From assembly GCA_016235155.1 (NCBI GenBank), contig JACRLW010000056.1, forward strand, positions 4,005-68,004: a DNA stretch of 64,000 bases, read 5' to 3'. Positions 29,698-37,755 of this stretch are shown here, piece after piece; within the stretch, counting starts at the first letter, position 1, and each line of letters begins with the position of its first letter. The notes beneath the pieces were generated by a model, which searched no databases, was not told the origin of the DNA, and saw only the letters and a program-made list of their open reading frames with translations. The translations under genes were made by a program, and so were the position numbers. Origin of the DNA: Planctomycetota bacterium (GTDB taxonomy: Bacteria; Planctomycetota; UBA1135; UBA2386).

Positions 29698-29968
29698 CGC
29701 GCCGAGGGGACGCGATCCAGACCCGGACCCGGCGCCGCCGCCGGCCGGCTTTCCGCCGCAGTTCGGCGGCGCACCGACGGACCCTGATCGCGCTGCCGCG
29801 ACCCGGACTCGGATCCGCGAGTGGGAAGCGCGCGCAAACCGGTGGCGCAGGCGAGCTTGCACCGAGCTCCGAACCCACCGGATCCGGCGTGGCACGCTTC
29901 GTGCTCCAGGCACCTACGGTGGAGTAGAGATGCGACCGGGGTCCTCCTGGGACCTGCGGCAGGGACAG

Positions 29969-30010
29969 GACCTCGGGGCGGGTGTGACCCGCCCCGGGGT
30001 CTTTCTTTTT
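29969..30010 (+). terminator. Intrinsic terminator T2 (plus-strand U-tract; hairpin may also serve the convergent nqr-apbE operon)
   Basis: GACCTCGGGGCGGG-tgtga-CCCGCCCCGGGGTC (14-bp stem, one G-U) followed by TTTCTTTTT, which ends at the apbE stop codon. Confidence 0.7.
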
Positions 30011-31014
30011 CACCAGCCGATGCTGCGCTCGACCACTCCCCCGCCGGGTGCGGCGAGGAGGAACAGCACGCGCACCTTCGCTGGGGCGAACGCCGCGACC
30101 AGGGCTTCCGCGCGGTCCGGACCGACGACCATCAGCGCGGTCGAGAGTCCGTCGGCGAGCATCGCGGTCGGCGCTTCGACCGACACGCTCACGACGTCGC
30201 TGCCGGTGTTGCGGCCGGTCCGCGCATCGAGGATGTGGTGCCGTCGCGCGCCGCCGGATTGAAACCAGTTCCGGTAGCTCCCACTGGTCGCGACCGCGGC
30301 GTCCTTGACCTCGACGACCTGCTGGATCTCGCGGTCGTCCTCCCCCGTCGCCCCGGGCCGCTCGACGCCGATGCGCCACGGGACAGCGCCGGGCTTCGCG
30401 CCGCGGCAGACGATCTCCCCGCCGACGTCGACCATGTGGTCGCGCAAGTCCGCGGCGAACAGACGCCTGGAGAGTTCGTCCGCGACGGCACCCGGCGCGA
30501 TCGAATCGAGGTCGATCTCGACGGCCGGGTCGAGCTTGCGCAGGCTGCCGTCGCTCGTGATCTCGAGCCGGCGCCACCCGACCTTCGCGAGCGCCTCGGC
30601 GAGTTCCGCGTCGCTCGGTTCGCGACGAACCTCGCCGACGAATCCCCACAGCCGGGTGATCGGGAGGATCGTCGGGTCGTACGCCCCGTCGCTCGCCGCA
30701 GCGAGCCGGAGCGCCAACGCGATCGCGGCGCGGAACTCGTCGTCGATCGGCACCGGCGTCGTCGCGCGGTGCGCGTTGAAGCGGGCGATCGCGCTGTCCT
30801 CGCGCCAGAGCGAGAAGCGGCGGTCCGCGGCAGCGAGGACTTCGTCGATCAAGACTTGCACGCGCGCGCGGCTCGTCGCGAAGCCCGCGCTGACGAAGCG
30901 GACGTGGTAGGTCGTCCCCATCGTCGGCCCGCTCAACTCGACCACGCCCGGCCCGCAGGCTGCGGACACCGCGAGGACGATCAGCGCCGACGCTCGCTCG
31001 AGGACGGCGCGCAT
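30010..31014 (-). CDS. apbE: FAD:protein FMN transferase ApbE (lipoprotein)
   Basis: Last 334 codons of ORF 30010..32043, from MRAVLERASALIVLAVSAACG. 'GTTYHV', 'AYDPTI', 'IDLDSIAPGAVADEL', 'MVDVGGEI', 'AVATSGSYRN', 'HHILDARTG'. 5 nt downstream of nqrF. Confidence 0.85.
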   Translation of the reverse strand: MRAVLERASALIVLAVSAACGPGVVELSGPTMGTTYHVRFVSAGFATSRARVQVLIDEVLAAADRRFSLWREDSAIARFNAHRATTPVPIDDEFRAAIALALRLAAASDGAYDPTILPITRLWGFVGEVRREPSDAELAEALAKVGWRRLEITSDGSLRKLDPAVEIDLDSIAPGAVADELSRRLFAADLRDHMVDVGGEIVCRGAKPGAVPWRIGVERPGATGEDDREIQQVVEVKDAAVATSGSYRNWFQSGGARRHHILDARTGRNTGSDVVSVSVEAPTAMLADGLSTALMVVGPDRAEALVAAFAPAKVRVLFLLAAPGGGVVERSIGW

Positions 31015-31019
31015 GCGGA

Positions 31020-32252
31020 TCAGGAGCCGAAGTCGTCGAACGCGATCTGTTCCTTCTCGACGCCGAGGTCGTACAGCATCTTCTGCACGGCCGAGAGCAT
31101 CATCGGGGGACCGCAGAGGTAGAACTCGATGTCGTCGACGTTCGGATGCGTCTTCAGGTAGTTGTCGAGCACCACCTGGTGGATGAACCCCCGAAAGCCG
31201 CTCCAGTTGTCCTCGGGCAGGGGCTCGGACAGCGCGATGTGGAACTTGAAGTTGGGAAACTCGCGCTCGATCTTGCGGAAGTGCTCCTCGTAGAACATCT
31301 CGCGCAGGGAGCGCGCGCCGTACCAGTACGACACCTTGCGTCCCGACTTCAGCGTGTGGAAGAGATGGAAGATGTGGCTGCGCAGCGGAGCCATGCCCGC
31401 GCCGCCGCCGATGTAGATCATCTCCTTCTGCGTGTCCTTGATGTGGAACTCGCCGTACGGCCCCGAGATGGTGATCTTGTCGCCGGGTTTCAGACCGAAC
31501 ACGTAGCTCGAGCAGATGCCCGGCGGGATGCCCTCGGTCCGCGGCGGCGGCGTGGCGATGCGGATGTTGAGCATCACCATGTTGCCCTCGGCCGGGTGAT
31601 TGGCCATCGAGTAGGCCCGGAAGATCGGCTCGGGGTTGTTGGCGACGTAGTCCCAGATCTTGTACTTGTCCCAGTCGGGGTGGTACTTCGGCGCGATCAC
31701 GAAGTCCTTGAACTTGATGCCGTGGTAGGCGGGCACGTCGATCTGGATGTAGCCGCCCGGTTCGAAGTGGATCGCCTCGCCCTTGGGCAGGTCGACGACG
31801 AGCTCCTTGATGAACGTCGCGACGTTGTCGTTGGAGCGGACCGTGCACTCCCACTTGCGGATCGCGAAGACCTCGTCGGGGACCCTCACCTTCATCGGCT
31901 GACGGACCTTCACCTGACACGCGAGACGCCAATGACTCTTGGCCTCGGACCGCGTGAGGTGCGTCATCTCCGACGGCAGGGGATCGCCGCCGCCTTCGAG
32001 GATCTGGCACTTGCACATCGCGCAACTGCCTTTCCCGCCGCACGCCGACGGCAGGAAGATCTTCTCGCTCGACAGTGCCTTCAGCAGATTGCTGCCGACG
32101 TCGACCATCGGCGACTTCGCATCGTCGCCGTTGATGAGCACCTTGACCTTGCCCTTACGGACCAGCTTGGTCTCGCAGAACATCAGCAAGAGGACCAGGA
32201 CGACGACCACCGCGGTCATCGCCAGCACGCCGGTCAGCACGACTTCGTACAT
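31020..32252 (-). CDS. nqrF: Na+-translocating NADH:quinone oxidoreductase subunit F
   Basis: ORF 31020..32252. N-terminal TM, 2Fe-2S '[12 protein letters not shown]', FAD/NAD domain 'RAYSMANHP', '[13 protein letters not shown]'. Confidence 0.95.
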   Translation of the reverse strand: MYEVVLTGVLAMTAVVVVLVLLLMFCETKLVRKGKVKVLINGDDAKSPMVDVGSNLLKALSSEKIFLPSACGGKGSCAMCKCQILEGGGDPLPSEMTHLTRSEAKSHWRLACQVKVRQPMKVRVPDEVFAIRKWECTVRSNDNVATFIKELVVDLPKGEAIHFEPGGYIQIDVPAYHGIKFKDFVIAPKYHPDWDKYKIWDYVANNPEPIFRAYSMANHPAEGNMVMLNIRIATPPPRTEGIPPGICSSYVFGLKPGDKITISGPYGEFHIKDTQKEMIYIGGGAGMAPLRSHIFHLFHTLKSGRKVSYWYGARSLREMFYEEHFRKIEREFPNFKFHIALSEPLPEDNWSGFRGFIHQVVLDNYLKTHPNVDDIEFYLCGPPMMLSAVQKMLYDLGVEKEQIAFDDFGS

Positions 32253-32297
32253 CGATCGCTCCGCTTCGCGAAGGGCAGGTTCGTTGGATCCGCAGTC

Positions 32298-32927
32298 TCA
32301 GATCCCGCTGAAGGTCATGAACGCCATGGCCACGAGGCCGGTGGTGATGAAGGTGATCCCGAGGCCGCGCAGCGGCGCCGGCACGTTGGCCGTGCGCATC
32401 TTCCAACGGATCGCCGCCATGCTGACGATCGCCAGCGCCCAGCCGAACCCCGAGCCGAACCCGTAGACGACCGACTGCGCGAAGCCGTACTTGCGCTCGA
32501 CCATGAACAATGAGCCGCCGAGGATTGCGCAGTTCACGGCGATCAGCGGCAGGAAGATCCCGAGCGCCGCGTAGAGCTTCGGGCTGAACTTGTCGACCGC
32601 CATCTCCACCACCTGGACGACCGCGGCGATGCTCGCGATGAAGGTCACGAACTGGAGGTAGCTGAAATCGCTGTCGGGCATGCCGGCCCACGCCAAGGCG
32701 CCTTCGCCGAGGATGAAGTTCTGCAACGCCCAGTTCATGGGCACCGTCAGCAGCTGCACGAAGATCACCGCGATGCCGAGCCCGACCGACGAGTCGACGC
32801 GCTTGCTCACCGCGAGGTACGAGCACATCCCCAGGAAGAAGGAGAGGAGGATGTTCTCGACGAAGACCGACTTGAGGAACACGCCCACGAGGGGCTCGTC
32901 GTTCACGAAGGCGAGGATGGGGATCAT
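32298..32927 (-). CDS. nqrE: Na+-NQR subunit E
   Basis: ORF 32298..32927. '[20 protein letters not shown]', '[16 protein letters not shown]'. Confidence 0.9.
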   Translation of the reverse strand: MIPILAFVNDEPLVGVFLKSVFVENILLSFFLGMCSYLAVSKRVDSSVGLGIAVIFVQLLTVPMNWALQNFILGEGALAWAGMPDSDFSYLQFVTFIASIAAVVQVVEMAVDKFSPKLYAALGIFLPLIAVNCAILGGSLFMVERKYGFAQSVVYGFGSGFGWALAIVSMAAIRWKMRTANVPAPLRGLGITFITTGLVAMAFMTFSGI

Positions 32928-32943
32928 GTGGGTCGTTCCTCCG

Positions 32944-33618
32944 TCAGTGCTTCTCGCTGTAGCCCGAGATGGATCGCTGGACCCAGACGATGACGCCCAG
33001 CAGGAGGAACGCCCCCGGCGCGAGCACCATCAGGCCATTGTTCACGTAGCCGGCGTCGTAGAGCGCCTGCGGCACGACGTGGAAGCCGAGCAGCGTGCCC
33101 GAGCCGAGGATCTCGCGGATCGTCCCGACCACGATCAGGATCCACATGTAGCCCAGGCCGTTGCCGATGCCGTCCAGGAAGCTCCGCCACGGCGGATTGC
33201 TCATCGCGTAGGCCTCGAGCCGGCCCATCACGATGCAGTTGGTGATGATGAGCCCGACGAAGACCGAGAGCTGCTTGCTCAGGTCGTACATGTAGGCCCG
33301 CAGGAACTGATCGAAGACGATCACGACCGAGGACACGACGACGAGCTGCACGATGATCCGGATCTTGTTCGGAATCAGGTTCCGGATGCAGGAGATCATC
33401 ACGTTGGAGAGCGCGGTCACCAGCGTGACGCCCAGCCCCATCACGATCGCCTTGTCGACGCGCGTCGTCACGGCGAGCGCCGAACAGATCCCCAGCACCT
33501 GCAGCGCGATCGGGTTGTTGTCCCAGAGCGGGTCCTTGATCGCCTTGACTTCGGCCTTGCCGAACAGCGGCGCCTTCGGTCTGGCCGTTACGACGGGAGC
33601 TGCGGTGGTGGCGGTCAT
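32944..33618 (-). CDS. nqrD: Na+-NQR subunit D
   Basis: ORF 32944..33618. '[19 protein letters not shown]', '[14 protein letters not shown]'. Confidence 0.9.
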   Translation of the reverse strand: MTATTAAPVVTARPKAPLFGKAEVKAIKDPLWDNNPIALQVLGICSALAVTTRVDKAIVMGLGVTLVTALSNVMISCIRNLIPNKIRIIVQLVVVSSVVIVFDQFLRAYMYDLSKQLSVFVGLIITNCIVMGRLEAYAMSNPPWRSFLDGIGNGLGYMWILIVVGTIREILGSGTLLGFHVVPQALYDAGYVNNGLMVLAPGAFLLLGVIVWVQRSISGYSEKH

Positions 33619-33634
33619 CGGGTTGCCTCGTACT

Positions 33635-34363
33635 TCACTTCGTCCAGAACTTCTGCAGGTACGGCTTGAAGGCGAGCAGGTCCTTCTTCACGAACTTCGT
33701 CACACCGTTGCAGGTGATCGTGGCGCCGGAGAGACCGTCGACCATGTGGGCCTGCTCGCGCGCGATCGCCGGGTCGACGCGGCCTTTCTTCACCGCGACG
33801 CTGACGAGGTCGCCGCCGTCGAGGACCGTCTTGCCCTTCCACTTCGCCTTCCACTCGGGATTGTCGACCTCGCCGCCGAGGCCGGGAGTCTCGCCGTGCT
33901 TGAAGAAGGTGATGCCGCGCACGGTGTCCGCGTCCTTCTCGAGGGCGAGGTAGCCGTAGAGCGTGCTCCACAGGCCCTTGCCGGAGATCGGGAGCACGAA
34001 GACCTCGTCATTGCCCTGCGCGTCCTTGGCGACCGCAACCACGCGGTACCGCTCGCGATCCTCGGGCTTGCGCATCGCGGCGACCTCGGCCGGGGTCTTC
34101 TGCGCATCGACCTCGCCGGTCGTGACGTCGACCACCTGCTCGACGACCCGCGCCCGGTACAGCGCCTCGAGTTCGGGCCGCGGACGCGGATCGCCCTCGG
34201 TGACGAGTCCCGCCGCCGCCATCACGTTCTTCTGGCGATCGAACTCGGCGGCGGCGTCCTGTGCGGGTTTCAGCAGATTCGCGGTCACGGCCAATGCCGC
34301 GCTCATCGCCACGCAGACGACGACCGCGAAGCCGAGGACGTAGCCGTTGCTATTGACGTTCAA
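33635..34363 (-). CDS. nqrC: Na+-NQR subunit C (FMN-binding)
   Basis: ORF 33635..34429. Start moved to TTG at 34363 ([16 protein letters not shown]), preceded by GGAAGG 7 nt upstream and overlapping the nqrB end. '[16 protein letters not shown]', '[14 protein letters not shown]' (FMN Thr site context). Confidence 0.85.
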   Translation of the reverse strand: MNVNSNGYVLGFAVVVCVAMSAALAVTANLLKPAQDAAAEFDRQKNVMAAAGLVTEGDPRPRPELEALYRARVVEQVVDVTTGEVDAQKTPAEVAAMRKPEDRERYRVVAVAKDAQGNDEVFVLPISGKGLWSTLYGYLALEKDADTVRGITFFKHGETPGLGGEVDNPEWKAKWKGKTVLDGGDLVSVAVKKGRVDPAIAREQAHMVDGLSGATITCNGVTKFVKKDLLAFKPYLQKFWTK

Positions 34364-35618
34364 GGCGCACCTTCCGGCGTCGGATGTTGGCCGCGACGAC
34401 GAAGTGGTCGATCGTCGGCGCGAAGGCATTGAGCAGCAGGATCGAGAGCATCGTGCCCTCGGGGTAGGCGGGGTTCACCGTGCGCACGAGGATCGTCACG
34501 AAGCCGATCAAGGCACCGTAGATCCACTGACCCGTGACGGTCTCGGGGCTCGACACGGGATCGGTCGCCATGAACACGATCCCGAACAGGAAGCCGCCGA
34601 CGAGCAGGTGCTCGAAGGGCATCAGCGTCGCCGGGCCGCCGAAGCCGGCCGGCAGGAAGAGCTGCAGCAGGAACGCCGATCCGACGAGCCCGAGCACTCC
34701 GCCGAGCATCGTGCGCCACGAGCCGATGCCGGACAGCAGGAGCCACGCCGCGCCGAGCAGCACGCAGAACTTGCTCATCTCCCCGGCGCTGCCGGAGACG
34801 TTGCCGAAGAACAGGTCGGCCGTCGAATGGTGCTTCGCCAACTCCGCGGTCGCGTCGAGCACCTCGTTCGACTTCACGATCGCGAGCGGCGTCGGCGACG
34901 AGAAGCCGTCGATCAGGTGCGAGGCGTTGTTGCCCGCGACCCAGACCGCGTCGCCGGACATCTGCGCGGCGAACGCGAAGAACAAGAAGGCACGGACCAG
35001 CATCGCGGGGTTGAAGACGTTCATCCCCGTGCCGCCGAACACCTCCTTGCCGAGCACGACCGCGAACGCGACGCCGAACGCGAGCTGCCACAGCGGGATC
35101 GACGCCGGCACGATCAGCGCGATCAGCATGCCGGACACGAGATAGCCCTCGCTGACCTCCTCCTTGCGGAGGATCGAGAACACCACCTCGATGCCGAGCC
35201 CGACGCCGTAGCTGACGATCAGGAGCGGCAGCATGCGCTGCAGGCCGAACGCGACGTACTCGGGCGCCCCGGGCGAAACGGAGTCCATCCCGAGCAGCGA
35301 CTGCAGCCAGCCCGCGACGTACGCGTCGTGCGTCGCCTTGCCCGCGTCGACCAACCCCTGCCACGCCAGGAAGTGCTGCTGGCCGGTGTTCCAGATCGCC
35401 CACAACAGACACGGCAGCATCGCGATGATGACCGTGTTCATCGCGCGCTTGAGGTCGACGTAGTCGCGGACGTGCGGTCCGTGCTTCGGCGCCGTGTGCG
35501 ACGGCGCGAACAGGAAGGTCTCGAAGGCGTCGAACGCGGGCCACAGCTTGTGGAAGCGCGAACCCGGCGCGTGGTAGAGCTTGCGCAGCTTCTCGACGCC
35601 GTTGCGGAGGAACTTCAT
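34350..35618 (-). CDS. nqrB: Na+-NQR subunit B
   Basis: ORF 34350..35618. 'HVRDYVDLKRAMNTVIIAMLPCLLWAIWNTG', polytopic, 'MATDPVSSP'. Confidence 0.9.
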   Translation of the reverse strand: MKFLRNGVEKLRKLYHAPGSRFHKLWPAFDAFETFLFAPSHTAPKHGPHVRDYVDLKRAMNTVIIAMLPCLLWAIWNTGQQHFLAWQGLVDAGKATHDAYVAGWLQSLLGMDSVSPGAPEYVAFGLQRMLPLLIVSYGVGLGIEVVFSILRKEEVSEGYLVSGMLIALIVPASIPLWQLAFGVAFAVVLGKEVFGGTGMNVFNPAMLVRAFLFFAFAAQMSGDAVWVAGNNASHLIDGFSSPTPLAIVKSNEVLDATAELAKHHSTADLFFGNVSGSAGEMSKFCVLLGAAWLLLSGIGSWRTMLGGVLGLVGSAFLLQLFLPAGFGGPATLMPFEHLLVGGFLFGIVFMATDPVSSPETVTGQWIYGALIGFVTILVRTVNPAYPEGTMLSILLLNAFAPTIDHFVVAANIRRRKVRLERQ

Positions 35619-35622
35619 CGGC

Positions 35623-36978
35623 TCAGATCTCCTTCGCGTAGAGGTCGAGGCCCTTGCGGATGATCGCGCCGACGTCGGTCTTGCACGGGTCGACGACCGT
35701 GCACAGCGCGACGTCCTCCTCGGTCACTTCGAGCAGGCCGAGCTTCAGCGCCTCGTCGAGGTCGTTCGCCTGGATCGCGCGGACGAGGAAGGTCGGCAGG
35801 ATGTCGAGCGGGGTCACCGCCTCCCACGAGCCGAGGTTCACGATCGGCCGATGCCCGCCGTGCATGCGCGCGTCGACCTCGAGCCCGCTTGCCGTGCGCG
35901 CGAACGGCCACACCGAGCGATGGAAGCTCAGGCGTCGCGGTTGCGGCAGAGCCCATCCGAACAGGTCGCGGCGGTCCGCGCCCTCGTCGATCATGGTCAC
36001 CGTCGCGGCGTAGTAGCCGAGGAAGCCCGGGTTCGGCTCGACCGATCCGGTGAGCAGCGTGCCGTTGACGACCCGCACACCCTGGCCCGGCGCCTTGCCG
36101 GCGTTCAACACGCTCAGCGGCGCACCCTGACGCACGCGGACGTAGCGGCGCTCCGCGGCGGCGCTGCCCGCGACGGCGACGACGCGCTTGCACGGATAGC
36201 GCCCGGTGCGCGCCCACTCGCCGATCGCGACGCATTCCTGCGCCTTCAGGTACCACGCGCACTCGTGCAGCCCCAGCGGTCGAATCGCGGCGATGTGCGT
36301 GCCGACCAGTCCCGCGGGATGCGGGCCGTCGAACGCGTGGACCTCCGCACCGTGCAGCGAGGCGAACTCCCGCTGCGCATCGCCCGCGCGCGCGGTCAGA
36401 TAGACCTTGCCGCGGGTCAGCGCGCGCAGGACGTCGATGCCGGCCTGCAGGTCGTCGCCGCGCCCATGCACCGCGAACGCCGGGTCGGCGGCGAGCGGCT
36501 CGGTGTCCATCCCGTTGACGAAGATCGCGACCGGCTCGACGTCCTCGCCGGCGATCCGTCCGATCGGACGCTGTCGGATCAGCGGCCACAAGCCGGACTG
36601 GAGGAGCGCTCCGACGAGCTCCGCGCGCGGCAGGGACGACAGATTGCGCAGGTCGAAGTGCGGCAGCGGCGCGAAGGTGTCGTTCGCGCCCGGCGTGATC
36701 TCGACGCGCAGCAGCGCACGTCGCTCGCCGAGCACCACGCTCGAGACCTTGCCCGTCGCCGGCGAGCAGAACTTCGTCTCCGGCGCGAGCTTGTCCAGGA
36801 ACAGCGGATCGCCGGTTCGCACGGTCTGGCCTTCCTGCACCAGCAGCCTGGCCTTGATGCCCGGGAAGTCTCCGGGACGGACCGCGACGACGACCGGTTC
36901 GGGAGCGTCGACCATCTGGCGCGCGGGTGCGCCCGCGACGCCGAGGTCGAAGCCTCTCTTGACCTGGTGTGTGATCAT
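35623..36978 (-). CDS. nqrA: Na+-NQR subunit A
   Basis: Last 451 codons of ORF 35623..37134, from MITHQVKRGFDLGVAG. 'FCSPATGKV', 'GPHPAGLVGTHI', C-terminal 'LEVTEEDVALCTVVDPCK'. Confidence 0.9.
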   Translation of the reverse strand: MITHQVKRGFDLGVAGAPARQMVDAPEPVVVAVRPGDFPGIKARLLVQEGQTVRTGDPLFLDKLAPETKFCSPATGKVSSVVLGERRALLRVEITPGANDTFAPLPHFDLRNLSSLPRAELVGALLQSGLWPLIRQRPIGRIAGEDVEPVAIFVNGMDTEPLAADPAFAVHGRGDDLQAGIDVLRALTRGKVYLTARAGDAQREFASLHGAEVHAFDGPHPAGLVGTHIAAIRPLGLHECAWYLKAQECVAIGEWARTGRYPCKRVVAVAGSAAAERRYVRVRQGAPLSVLNAGKAPGQGVRVVNGTLLTGSVEPNPGFLGYYAATVTMIDEGADRRDLFGWALPQPRRLSFHRSVWPFARTASGLEVDARMHGGHRPIVNLGSWEAVTPLDILPTFLVRAIQANDLDEALKLGLLEVTEEDVALCTVVDPCKTDVGAIIRKGLDLYAKEI

Positions 36979-37055
36979 CGGAAGTCGGACTGCCGTGGCT
37001 CGCCGGGAGGGGGCCGGGGAGCCTTGACCGCGGACTCGGTGACGGCGCGTGTGGA

Positions 37056-37256
37056 TCAGGAACAGCTGCCGCGCCGCGCCGTGCCCGGCCGCGACTCGGT
37101 GCTCGCATCGCCTTGCCGGCCGCACCGCGTGCACGTCCCGTCGGACCCGCTTCCGCCGCAGGAACCGGAGAGTCTCCGGCCGAACAGCACCGCGAGGCCG
37201 ACGACGACGAGCACCGGCACCGCGAGCAACAGGATCGGCAGCAGGTACTGGGTCAC
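37056..37256 (-). CDS. nqrM: NqrM-like (DUF539) Na+-NQR maturation protein
   Basis: ORF 37056..37256, 66 aa. One TM (LLPILLLAVPVLVVVGLAVLF) followed by 'RRLSGSCGGSGSDGTCTRCG', like the (K/R)xxGSCGG...C.C motif of Vibrio NqrM. 78 nt upstream of nqrA. Confidence 0.65.
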   Translation of the reverse strand: MTQYLLPILLLAVPVLVVVGLAVLFGRRLSGSCGGSGSDGTCTRCGRQGDASTESRPGTARRGSCS

Positions 37257-37328
37257 CGCGTCAGTCCGTGAATCAGGGCGAAAAGGGTAGCGACGGGCCT
37301 CGCAATTTCATCTGCCGCGCATGACCCG

Positions 37329-37628
37329 TCACGCCTTCGACCGATCCGAGCACTCGAGGACGAGCCGTGCGAGCGCGTCGAGCGAGTCGAAGTTCTCGAT
37401 GCCGACGGCGTCGTCGGGGATCGAGATGCCGAAACTCGACTCCAACCAGTCGACGAGCTGCAGGACTCCCGCCGAGTCGACGATCCCCGAACTCACGAGG
37501 GGTGTGCTGCGATCGATCCCGTCGGCGCGGCCGTCGCGGAAGCTGACGACGACGTAGCGCCGGATGCGCTCGCAGGCCGCATCGAGCGCCTGCCGCCGCG
37601 CGGAGTCCGGGCCGTTGCTCAGATCCAT
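37329..37628 (-). CDS. Acyl/peptidyl carrier protein-like (phosphopantetheine attachment site)
   Basis: Last 99 codons of ORF 37329..37712, from MDLSNGPDSARRQ (ATG 37626-37628; further upstream would overlap the tRNA). 'SSGIVDSAGVLQLVDWLESSFGISIPDDAV..FDSLDALARLV' is a typical carrier-protein helix II region with DS motif. Confidence 0.65.
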   Translation of the reverse strand: MDLSNGPDSARRQALDAACERIRRYVVVSFRDGRADGIDRSTPLVSSGIVDSAGVLQLVDWLESSFGISIPDDAVGIENFDSLDALARLVLECSDRSKA

Positions 37629-37656
37629 CGCGGCGGCGGCGTTTCGAGAGGAGGAA

Positions 37657-37755
37657 TGGCGGGAGCGCATGGGAATCGAACCCACCGGGGCCGCGTCGAG
37701 CGCGACCCCCACTGGTTTTGAAGACCAGGCAGGACACCAGCCCCGATCCGCTCCC
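37657..37755 (-). tRNA. selC: tRNA-Sec (anticodon UCA), CCA encoded
   Basis: Reverse complement reads GGGAGCGGATCGGGGCTGGTGTCCTGCCTGGTCTTCAAAACCAGTGGGGGTCGCGCTCGACGCGGCCCCGGTGGGTTCGATTCCCATGCGCTCCCGCCA. Anticodon stem CTGGT/ACCAG with loop CTTCAAA (UCA). 9-bp long variable arm GGGGTCGCG/CGCGGCCCC. T-loop GGTTCGATTCC. 99 nt. Collinear with E. coli selC. One G-G mismatch at acceptor pair 8 in my reading. Confidence 0.85.

Noticed and set aside
29930-30262. ATG at ~29930 with a strong Shine-Dalgarno (GGTGGAG, 5-nt spacer), opening an ORF that runs antisense into apbE
   Set aside because: The frame passes straight through terminator hairpin T2 and then reads antisense to apbE with shadow-type composition. 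At most a very short peptide could be made, and it is not supportable as a CDS.
37329-37755. selC as the attachment site of a genomic island
   Set aside because: No integrase, no direct repeat of the tRNA 3' end and no compositional shift on either side. The 3' flank holds the carrier-protein gene and the core nqr locus.
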